DNA of 58,744 nt, filler included, from Bipalium vagum (Eukaryota): NCBI GenBank assembly GCA_037834085.1. It is 3 parts of 3 records of this genome, joined end to end, with 100 filler letters (N's around TTAATTAATTAA, not from the genome) between each part and the next. Parts side by side here need not be neighbours in the genome. Positions count along the whole stretch, not along the records: positions 1 to 15,965 come from JBBMKC010135548.1; positions 16,066 to 32,990 come from JBBMKC010086277.1; 1 more part is not named here. One strand, given 5' to 3'. The stretch's first letter is position 1; each line of letters opens with the position of its first letter. Under the pieces are notes generated by a model. The model was not told the DNA's origin and searched no databases. It saw only the letters and a program-made list of their open reading frames with translations. Positions 13,801 to 24,400 of the stretch are shown piece after piece. A program made the translations under genes and the position numbers.

Positions 13801-13924
13801 GAATAATACCCTTGGTCGAACTGGAGATGTGATGGAAATCGCTTACGGTATTGTGTTTCTGGCATCTCCGGCGTCCTCCTTTACAGTTGGCTCCATACTC
13901 AATGCAGACGGAGGGCAGCGATAG
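7893..13924 (+). CDS. Classical SDR (FabG/3-oxoacyl-ACP reductase-like), copy B, complete, 257 aa; join(7893..7935,7998..8233,8287..8466,11180..11249,11294..11330,13717..13924)
   Basis: Six exons total 774 nt with consistent phases and GT-AG introns (62, 53, 2713, 44, 2386 nt). Motifs: MDRFLLTNKNALITGSSSGIG (TGxxxGIG), LDILVNNAG, GCIVNVSS, YCIGK (YxxxK), GVRVNSINPG and ...ADGGQR*. AATAAA lies downstream (~13988-14000). Confidence 0.95.
8690..8970 (-). mobile_element. IS630/Tc1-type transposase C-terminal fragment
   Basis: The minus strand reads FLPPYSPDLNPIETLFEE at ~8885-8940. Confidence 0.65.
9024..9492 (+). mobile_element. maT (DD37D-like) transposon 3' fragment
   Basis: FTQDGAPYYTSKATQAWLKENMKFWDKSIWPTSSPDLNPLDFSIW...VIDADGGLFE*, with 36 residues between the two Asp. 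The TIR-like end is gattatacgacgcacccgg+TA. Confidence 0.8.
9493..10370 (-). mobile_element. Degenerate mariner, 5' two-thirds
   Basis: The minus strand gives KNLDTWIPHHLSE (WVPHEL motif) and FRHDNP*PH. The mariner TIR aacttattccataacccaa+TA ends at 10370. Confidence 0.75.
10371..11016 (+). mobile_element. Degenerate mariner, 3' half
   Basis: IIIGDE, GVILQRENARPHSARMTQEKIRQLGWDVIKHFPFSSNMCPSGYYLF, and a TIR-like end gattactttccggtccatctg. Confidence 0.8.
12103..13275 (+). mobile_element. Near full-length defective mariner (D,D34D) with TIRs and TA target duplication
   Basis: TA|TTGGGTTGTCCGGAAAGTTCGTTACGATTTTTAAT ... ATTAAAATTCGGAAAGAACGTTCCGGACAACCCAA|TA. Motifs WIPHVL, MTGDEKWIIY, HQDNARLH and HPPYSPDLASTD occur in broken frames. 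The site is empty in the SDR copy A intron. Confidence 0.93.
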
Positions 13925-14119
13925 AAATTATAAATGAAACATTGAAACAGTCTGATGATGTTTTTACATTCATTCAATTGTTTAAATAATAAAATAATAA
14001 AACTGAAGATAAAAGAAATCTTAATACAGGTAAATATAAAAAAGTTTTAATCTTGTGAACATCATAAATTTATATTTTAAATAGACGCATTTCAAAATAA
14101 TTTTGAACAAATTTCTCCA

Positions 14120-14715
14120 AACATTTATTATTGTGAAACATGTTTCGAACTATTATCAGTTCATCATCAGGCATTCATATTTAAAAAACACACTTTAATT
14201 ACCTAAACGACGGTCTAATTTTTAATTTAAATATTTTGCAAAATTCGGAATTATTAATATATTTTTTTAAAATTAATTAATCCGAGAATACATTGACAAT
14301 TCATTGGGTTCTACTTTCCTCAGTTTGAATATTGATCTCCGGTTGCCGCTCTTTTATTAATAACGATTCACATATCTTCCGTTCATCGTTATTATAAAAA
14401 TTATTCATAAGTAATTGAAATTCTTCAGCGTTAACTTTGCCTTTTCGCACAACACAATTCAAAGAATGATTTAAAACTTTACTCGTTCTGCTTAATTGCG
14501 AATACTCACTAATACGTGTTCTCAGGTGACGCTTTGTCTCCCCTATGTATAGGCTATTACACCATGACATTTTAATTCATATACGATATTAGCTTGTAAT
14601 ATTGCAGGTGTTGGGGTTTTGATTTTTAAATATCTTTTCGTTTGTGTTGTCATTGATATTGCTTTTAAATCGTCAAGCTCAGCAGTTTTTTCTATTATGT
14701 TCTTGAATGTTAGTA
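14120..14715 (-). mobile_element. Penelope-like retroelement 3' fragment (GIY-YIG endonuclease + pLTR tail)
   Basis: Minus strand: LKIKTPTPAILQANIVYELKCHG/(frameshift)CNSLYIGETKRHLRTRISEY...RKICESLLIKERQPEINIQ, the canonical PLE GIY-YIG. It is followed by a hammerhead core and AATAAA. Confidence 0.88.
14128..14178 (-). ncRNA. Type I minimal hammerhead ribozyme motif of the Penelope pLTR (probably degenerate)
   Basis: Minus strand: CUGAUGA-U-GAACUG(AUAA)UAGUUC-GAAA-CAUGUU. It has the conserved core boxes, a 6-bp stem II and a palindromic stem III (ACAUGU). Stem I pairing is poor. Confidence 0.7.
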
Positions 14716-14907
14716 GTATGTAACATCAGACCTTGAACCCCGACTCTCAAATTCTCCTGCAGGGAGAAAAATCAAAAATAACAAATTACCAAATTACGAC
14801 ATACCAAAGTATGACATTATCAAAAATACCAACTTGTCATAATAACAAAATTACCATAATAACAAAATACTTTCATCTTATCTTATATTTATTTATTTTT
14901 ATAAAAA

Positions 14908-15965
14908 ATGGATGTAAGTCAAAATTCCATTGATATTAAAAGAAGAATACGTGAATTAAAATAATCAATTGATGCACAAATTAAATTTGAAACTAACCAA
15001 TTAAATCAATGGAGAGCAGAAAGAGGTTTAGAACAAGATTTAACAATATTTCAAAACCAGTTACTGATACACTAACCACAAAAACATTGTCTGCTAAATT
15101 AGAAAATCAAAAAGATGAAAAAGATGGAAACCAACAAAGTAGAAATGAACAAAATGATGTTAATCAAGAAAATATTATCAATATCGAATGACATATTCGT
15201 GAAAATATACCTAAAGTAATAAAACAAATATATAAAATTAATAATTTAATATTTAATGAAAAAATCTCATATTTAGCTAGTGAAAAAGATGATAAAATAT
15301 TTTTTACAAATAAGGATAAAAATATAAAAAATAAAAATATATAAAAATATAAAAGATTTAAAATCAACGATAAAGGGAAATATTTCAAATGATTATAAAT
15401 TAGAAGATATGGAACAATACATGCAAATAATGAGAAGTTTTACAAGACATGGTAAGATTCCAGGTCATATTGCAAATATTGAAAAGAAAATAAAATAATT
15501 AGAAACAATAAAAAGAGATGGTCAAGGATATGGAGTTTATAAACCAAAATATTTAGTTGATCAATTTATAACTTTAAGAAAATATTTAGCTGCTAAAAGT
15601 GGGTCATGATAATTTGGATCATTTAATTTTAAGAATATTGAATAAATTAAGAAAATAAAATAAAATTAATCCGAAGACACATGAAAAAATAATGTTAAAT
15701 TTGATATAGATTCTGATTAAAAGCCAATGGAGTTGTCAAGACCTTCGGTCGATTCCAACGAAGTTGTCAGAATACGCATAGCAAGAATACTACGTCCGTT
15801 ACAAAGAAGTTGTCAAGGCCTTTGGTCTAATTCATTAACAAATTTTGTAATGATTGATAAAAATAATGAAAGGGAATTATTTGGTTGGGTTCCAGATAAA
15901 ATTAAAGATGATCCAGCTAAAGATAATAATGGATATAAAACAAGAAAACAATTATATATAAATAA
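14908..15965 (+). mobile_element. Probable Maverick/Polinton (adintovirus-like) remnant
   Basis: A broken K/N-rich ORF runs from MDVSQNSIDIKRRIREL... through QDLTIFQ/KPVTDTL to GQGYG...PKYLVDQFITLRKYLAAK/SGHDN...ILNKLRK, then a GACC-TTCG-GTC hairpin and NSLTNFVMIDKNNERELFGWVPDK...NNGYKTRK. The resemblance to Maverick accessory and capsid proteins is from memory, not from a search. Confidence 0.45.
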
Positions 15966-16065
15966 NNNNNNNNNNNNNNNNNNNNNNNNNNNNNNNNNNN
16001 NNNNNNNNNTTAATTAATTAANNNNNNNNNNNNNNNNNNNNNNNNNNNNNNNNNNNNNNNNNNNN
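15966..16065. other. Artificial 100-bp scaffold linker (N44-TTAATTAATTAA-N44)
   Basis: Exactly 44 N + a six-frame-stop 12-mer + 44 N; identical structure at 32991-33090. Confidence 0.95.
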
Positions 16066-17339
16066 ATTTTGTCTACTTGTAATTATTATGATTATCATTT
16101 CTTATTAATTTTTTATTGGAGTGATACTTATAATAATTATATCTAATAACGAAGAAAACTTAAAAACCATGACATGAAAATTATGCTTCCACAAAGAATG
16201 CCACTTGTTATGAAGATTAGTTTGAAACAATTTTGTTAATTGATGCAAAGATAAAATAATTAAATTTCTTTTTATTACTAATTTTTGATTTTATATTAAT
16301 TTGTTTTTTACCCTATTAGATTGGTTTTATCTTCCCAGTGTTTATGATTAATTTTTTTTATATTTTCGTTTAAAACAATAGTAAAATTAACGATAATTTA
16401 CCTTGCTCAATCATAAATACGAAATTTATTATTGTATATTAACAAGTGATTCGAACTTTGCCTCATTTACAATTATTCTCTTTATATTATATAATTATAT
16501 ATAATCACCGTTGTTTTTGATTAGTTTTTATAGGGATTTTATTTCGGCTTTTTAATTGTTTCTCTCTATTGATTGTTATTAATTTCACTAATAATAGTAG
16601 CTCTAAAATAATCTTTATAATTCTGATATAAAACGAAGTTCAATTTAAAAATCGATTATTTCATTGTTTTATTGCTCAAATTGTAATTTATTATTTATAA
16701 TTATTTTTTATTCTCTGTGTTAAATTTCAAAACAAGAAATTTAATTACTTAAAATATATATTTTATGAAAATATTAAAAAAAACTCAATAAAATACTTGA
16801 CATATAATAAATGATAATTAATAATAATAATAATTTTTAAAAATTTTTAATAAATTTATTATTAGGAAAATATCATTATGACAATGTTAGGTTATTTAGA
16901 AAGAGAATTTTTGTGAGTTTTACTTTTAATTTGTCCACATAATCTTTTTTTTTCATTATAACATTGCGCAGAAAAAATAATAAAAGTAAAGATAAATTAT
17001 TTATAAAAATTTCTCTGTATTGAAGATACTCATTTATTTATAAAAAAAACAATAAAAATTTCCCCCAGGATTTAGAAATACCATTTTAAGTGGATAAAAT
17101 GTGCCTGGTTTGTATGGGTAATGTTCTATAAATTATTGATTAGAATTATGGGTTTCTGTAAGAGGAATGAGGGAAATAGATTTTAAGAACAGAATTATTT
17201 TAATATTATTATCATAGTTCAGTTATGACTTCTCTTTGATAATCAAATCAAATAATAAAACTACGAATTATCAAATTAAATATAATATTATTATTAAAAT
17301 TATCATTTTCCTTTTATTTTTAAAAATCTATTAACACAA

Positions 17340-17500
17340 TTATCTATCAAAGAATTTGTCATCACATTTTGAAGCTTACACAAAGTCAGCCACCAATGAT
17401 TGGTATTGCTTGATGAAAAATTGGACAACTGATTGGACAGCCACCAAAGAAGCCGATTTCTTTTATCGAGGAATTCATCATATTGTAAATACCGGCTCAC
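17340..17500 (+). mobile_element. Mariner transposase C-terminal scrap
   Basis: MKNWTTDWTATKEADFFYRGIHHI resembles the mariner C-terminal helix (W+.SK...F+.RGIH.L). Confidence 0.5.
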
Positions 17501-18493
17501 TTTCGATGCATATTAACCTAATTAATATTTAAACATTCTTTAAATTTCACTTTTATTGTCTTGATTGTCATTGCACAATTCTGGTTAATTCCAAAATCGT
17601 ATTGCTGCATATGGATTTTTCCACGGATGTTTACAACTTCGCCTTTGATTTTTTCTTCATGTATTTTTTTTCACGTATTTATTAATCATAAACATTGAAC
17701 ATGGAGACCCTTTGCAACTTTAATTCTCTTTCCATCAAGTATGGTGAAAATAATTATGATACTTCTATGTAATTTAAATGTATTTAAATGTGGCATTTAT
17801 ACTCAAATTTAAGCATAAATTTACTTTAAAATATAAAGGGTAATAAAGGTGTTAAGCAACCAATTAAAAATTGAAATACAAAATTTTAAATGAAATGATA
17901 AGATTTAAAAATATGACAGAGCCTGTATTATTTTTTTATTATCTATAATTTATTTATCATAATTATTTATTTTTATAATAATTATTATCTTTACCATTGA
18001 TAATAATAATAATCATAATAATATTATTATATCATTAAATAATATTTTTATTATTTCTAATAAAATCATTCCATTATATAATAATATTATTATTCTAAAA
18101 TCTATGTAAAATAACTGTGTCAAAATATGAGGAAAATTTCTGTCAATATATTTGCCAGAATGAAAAATTTTATCGTGCAAGTGAAATGTAATTATATTAT
18201 TTAAAATTATTTTAATAAAAAAAATAATAGAGTGATTATCAATAAAGGGTTTAGCGGGATTTAAAATCATGTTAAAATGAATCAATAAGAATCAAAAAAT
18301 AAATGAAATATTACGGTTAAATGGTTATTTTTCATTTTTTTGATAATTAATCTGAAAAGATTATCTTATTAATTTTCCTAAAAAAATTGCATGATTATTT
18401 TATGGAAAAAAAATAATAAAATATGCTAAAAATTCAAATATTTATATTGAAATAATTATTAATATCATTTTAATTTAATTAATATTTTATTAC

Positions 18494-21400
18494 TTGTCCA
18501 CTATATTTCCTGGCATTTCTTTATATTGGTTTCTTTGACTTTTGCAGGAGAAATTTATTTTCAAATCCCGAGTGACGTCGCGATTGAATTTATTATGCCA
18601 AAAATGGAACATTCCTTGAAAAAGAGACCCATCCTAAATGAAGAGCATCAAAATAAATAATAAATAATAATTAAATAAAAAAGTATAAAATTATGAATAT
18701 ATTATTTCATAAATTGAAATGAAATTTTACAATTCAAATGCTCAATTTTTTGGTTTCATAAATCATTTTTAATTATGAGAAATTATCACTCAATGAATCT
18801 TGGGTAGATTAGCAATCATTATTAAATTAAATATAGTTAAAATGATAAAATTAATCTTGTTTTAATTCAATATTGACAATATGAGTCGTATATTTTTGTG
18901 TATATTAATTCAATAAATCGCTGAGTGTTGTTAAAATAATTTTGTTAAATTTTTATTATAAAATGTGTTTGCTTTTAAACCATCATTAATTAAAATTAAT
19001 AAGATTGATATATTGCATCTTGATTTTGATTGGTTGAAAAATAAACATTATAAAAATTGTAGATTATTATTAAAATACAGTTTGAGACATTTTTTACTGA
19101 CTGTATCTCATCAATAAAACTAATCTATATTTTTCTCAGTAAAATTGACGATATCTTTAAGATATTCTGAAAGACCCAAAAATTATTCTTTATTGTTTAT
19201 ATTTTTTCATGATACAAAATCTAATTCACTTAGCATACGGAATATCCAACTTGTACACAGTTTTCTTTTCTCGAGCATTCACAATCATCTGAGTAGAATA
19301 TAGATTGTCTTATAAAAAGGATCTACTTTGTATGGATATTTCATTTTTATTTTCGAATGTTGTCAATTGGATCAATATTCCTCTAGGAAACATTGTTCTC
19401 TCTATTTACGTAACAGAAACCGAAGGGCTAATTGCTCGGTCCAACGAAATAGATTGACATAAGATTTACGTTTGTTTCTATATAAAAATTAATATCCCTG
19501 TCGGCATCATCAGCATCCAGAAGAAAAACCGTTCAGACTATACGAGACTCTATAGACTAATTGCATTGATAATTATTATAAATTTATTACTAATAGCAAA
19601 GGGGAAAATATTGTAATTTATAAAGGAAAATAAATTGAAAATTTTGTTTACCCTATAAGTATGGATCATTTCTAAAATTGGAACAATTGTCTACTCGGTT
19701 TTCATTTGTAATTTATATTAATTCTCTTTCGATTTAAACAAAAAACGAAAATCCACATTTTCTAACCATGACAAAAGCTTGAGTATAATGAATGTACAAA
19801 AATGTCAAATNNNNNNNNNNNNNNNNNNNNNNNNNNNNNNNNNNNNNNNNNNNNNNNNNNNNNNNNNNNNNNNNNNNNNNNNNNNNNNNNNNNNNNNNNN
19901 NNNNNNNNNNNNNNNNNNNNNNNNNNNNNNNNNNNNNNNNNNNNNNNNNNNNNNNNNNATAATTAAACTAATCCTGAATGAAAGTTAAAATTAGTTTCCC
20001 TTTCCATAAAAAATCAAACGATAATAAATTTAGTGTTTTACTGAATAGATGATTTGGGAATGAAATTGAAATTGTAACTGTCATTTATCATTGTTGAAAA
20101 TGAAGCTGGAAAAATAATACTGATTGATGAATTAATTCGTAAATGTTTTTTCCAGCAAAAACAATACATTTCCATTGTTAGTTTTTCTTCGTTAATTCAA
20201 TTTAAAATTAAAAAATATAATATAAATATATTTTTTGTTTTCATTATTTTTATTTAGACGTTGTTTTTTTACAGAGAAAGAGAGAGAGGAGAGAAATACA
20301 TTGCGTTATATAATTACGCAGTACAGAATTTTTCCTTAAGTTTTTCCCAAGCCATTGTTAAGAATACTTTCAAAAAAGCTGTTTAAATGGAAAAGGTACT
20401 GATTCAAACAATGGAATTAATTTACAATTTCTGAGTTTACGTAAATTAACCATTAATGATTAAAACAAAAACCATCACATTTAAAAATTATATATAAATA
20501 CAGCTCGGTATTTGCACTGAAATAATATTAAATTACGAAATAGTTTAAATAACGTTTCACCGGAACGTGAATGTCAAATATATTATTAAAAATTCTCAAA
20601 GAAAATTCTCTGTAAATTTTAATTATTAACAAACAAATTTCAGTGGATTATATAAATTGTTTTTTCAGTTGTTTAAATGCTTGAATCACTGAGACGGAAG
20701 AAATTCTTTTGTTAAATGTCTTGAAAAAAAGTCACTGGATAATTATTTATTTTATTTTAAATTCATCATCAATGACACTGGTGATAAATACCTTTTCATA
20801 AAGGAAAATTCTCAAATTTTTCATTTTTCAGTATTATGTCACTTCACTTATTAACCATGACTACTTTTATTAGTTTTTCTTTTCTTTTCTTTTTTCAATT
20901 TCTTTACTTTTATTTTCTTTTTTCAATTTCTATTTCAGGTTTTTCTTTTTTTCTTATTTCTATTTCTTCATTTATTTCGTTTTCATTTCTTTTATCTACT
21001 TCTATTTCTTCAAAAACATTTTGTTTTATTCAATCAAAATTTACTCACTAAATAATTATGAAATTATATTTTTTAAATTTAAAAATTATTTATTTGAGCA
21101 TTAAAGAAAAACTGTTTTTATTTTATCGAAAATCGATATCACAACCATCCCTTCTAGAATAATTTACATTTTTTTATTTCCATAATTAAAAATAACAATT
21201 ACAATTTTTAAGCAACGGATTTTATGTTACAATTCTTTATTTAATCCAAGTTTCGTAAATTATTATTGTAATTCATAATCAATAAATTTATGATACAATA
21301 ATAATTAAAACAAAAATAAAATTCTTATAAGAAATAAACTTCCAGTTTATCTTCAATGATAAATTGTATAATTTTTTTTATAAAATATGTTTTAATTTAA

Positions 21401-24400
21401 TTTTTTCTCAAATTAAATAAGAATATTTCGAGATATACTAAATTCTCCATGTAATTTATTTATGCTATTTTTTATGTACATAGTATCAAACTAAGAATTA
21501 TGCAACATCCTAATATGGTATTATACTGTCTACTAATATTTTAATATCTCAATTAACATATAAATATTAAATACTGCATTATAATTCTGGTCCATTAAAC
21601 TTTTTTATGTATTAAAATAAATGGAGAAAAAAATAGAATACCGAATATTTGATAGAAGACATTCCACATGGCAATTCTTTATTATAGTCTATGCGAATAT
21701 TTGTACAGAAAGTTGGAACATTGTCCACCATTCCGTTGTACTTTAGAATACATTGAGAAGAAATGTTCGACGTTTGATGGTTATGTTGACTGATAAACGA
21801 AAGACTTTTTCCCATTTTTAATTGATTTTCAACAATTTCCGATTTGTATTGAAAACAGATTCGGATTGAATTAAACCAACAAGTGACCGTAACTAATGAG
21901 ACAAAAATTAATATAAAATAAAATAAAATAAACCAAATCGCAATGCACCAAATTAAACAAAATATCAGGATGAGTAATAAGAAATTTCGGTTTTGCAATA
22001 AATATTAATAAAATATGAAACAAACCACACACAATCTTAATCCATAAAGTAATCACCAATCATATAGATGATGTTAACATAATAAAATCAATGCTAAGAA
22101 TGGTGAAAATATAAAAAAGTAAATAATAAGAAAAAACATGAAAATAAAATAAAATTATTTATTGAAAAATAAAAAAGAAAACTTTTTCTTCTTAAAACTG
22201 AAGAATTTTTCAATTCCTGTTCCAATTTGTGAAATATTATTATTCATATTTCCTGTTAATTATATTTCTCATTTTTTATAATGATATTTCACATTGAATG
22301 TGACATTTATCTTCAACTTTTGAAAAGGGAAAAAATTGTATAATGTTTTCAAATGAAAGTCAATTAAAATCAATAAATGATGCTTAAGAAACGATCAGAT
22401 TGAAATTATAATTTCATCTTCGAAATATTAATAGTCAATTAGTTGGTGTAATCAGTTACAATAGATTATTAATAAATAATATAATTAAATTTCTGTCACT
22501 CAGAAAATTTAACAAATCATCTCAAATTCGAAAGGGGAATTATTGGAAAAAGCTCAGCATCATTTAATAGGAAAATGAAATATTATCTTCACTTTTGTGT
22601 TATGGAGCAAAATCATATTGAAAACAGAAACTCACTAAATTCTGATAAGCACGATTTACTGGAAATGTTTTCCTTTTTGTTTGTGATCTTGGTGAAGATA
22701 TTCGTCACAAGATTTGAACATTTACATCCATATTTATTTCCATACCCTCCTCTGATGTAACATTGGCCTTCTTTCATTCTACAAACCTTACAAGCATTTG
22801 ATTCATCATGGTCAGCTTTTGGAACTGAGCAAAAAATCAATTATTTAAAAATTACTATTTCAATTTTAAGTTAATTTATTCAATAAAAATATTTATTTGA
22901 ATAATTTTAATTATTGAATGTTTGAAAAAAATAGATTTTTATTAATATTCTCTGTGAAATTTTTTATTTTATATACTAGAAGAAATTATTATTATTATAA
23001 ATTATTATAATCTTTTATTATTATAATAAATAATAAAAAGATATAATATTATGAATTCAATAATTATTCCAAAATATTTCGTTTCAGCAAAATTTAGTAT
23101 TTATGAAATTCTTTTAATAATATAAAATTTTTTCATTTAAAATTTAGTATGATAAGATGCAACTATTAATATAATTTAATAACTTAATAAGATATTAAAT
23201 TCAAAATCACTTAATTAATAAATAATCATAATAACCTCAATCATAATAAAAAATAAATAAATAATATTAATTTTAAAATAATAATAATAAATAGTGTTTA
23301 ATAAAGGTGATAATTTGTCAGTTTCGCATTTTATATTCGTGTATTTATATTTTATTTATATCCAAAAATTCTCTGAAATGCTTTAATTTTCCCATTACTT
23401 TGCTGGAGATTATGTTTTTAATTTGCATCTTTAATCTTCACCGCAAACGCTTTCCACCAATGAAATTTCGAAGGTTTTTCACAGAACATCGTCGAATTTG
23501 TCAGAGAAAACGAAAAAAATTGATATTTTTTAATTTCTGATATTTAAAATGCTATTTCCAATCAATTTCTTTCGAATTTATATTTATGGACGTTTTTCTC
23601 CGTTAATTACCAGAAATGAGAATTGTTATTGGATATATAGATTTACCATTTATTGTTCATTATTAATTAATTTATTATAATATTAATTTATCGGATGATG
23701 ATGATGATGATGATGATCAAGACTATGAAAATAAAGCTGTCCTTGCACATAATTCGAATATAGAAACGATTATTCTCAATATTCCCATTATGTTTTAACT
23801 GAAAGCAATTAAATAAATTCCTTCAAGAACAAAGAATGATGAAATTAATTAATGGGGAATCACTAAAATGGATATTAAAAGAGCTTTGAGAGAGAAAAGA
23901 GTCTTAGGGATAAAACTTTTTTAAATGTATCTACTGCTCACTTCATATTGCGAGATGAAAAACCAGAACCTAAGGATAAGAGGAAAGTTAATATATTATA
24001 ATTAAATTTAATATTACCTAAAATTGTTTTTAAATTCGTTCTATAAACAGCCTCTTCCTAAACGAAATTCACCACAAAATGTATTTTATGAATTTACTTT
24101 CAATTTTATTATTTATGAATTTAAACATTATTTTGTTTATTAACGTTTTTTCATTAAACATTGTGGAAAGATTTTTTGACTATTTCTTACTTATTCGGGT
24201 AAGGTTATTGTGAGTAGTCTGAGGTGTTGAAAATAATATTCAGTAATAATTATTTATATATATTTTTCTATTCATGTTTTAATAATTGCGAGAAATTACT
24301 ATTTGTTAGCTTTCAAATAGTATAATTATGCAACTCTGCTCCAATCAAAAATCGTCCGCACTTCCAACGCAAACGTTTAACGAAAAATGATATTGAAAAT

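Noticed and set aside
7893-13924. SDR as a recent bacterial horizontal transfer or contaminant
   Set aside because: It has five canonical spliceosomal introns and belongs to an SDR type widespread in invertebrates; the sequence alone gives no evidence for HGT.
17303-17764. Further ZP-C exons of the EGF/ZP gene (readings FTILDGKRIKVAK, GEVVNI, GGCPISCPIF)
   Set aside because: They need weak splice sites and contain in-frame stops, and part of the region reads better as a plus-strand mariner scrap.
20836-21051. Hydrophobic F/S/I-rich ORF (likewise 15164-15388, 18013-18285, 38899-39207, 54023-54328)
   Set aside because: Low-complexity T-rich or A-rich DNA produces pseudo-transmembrane translations; no motifs or splice support.
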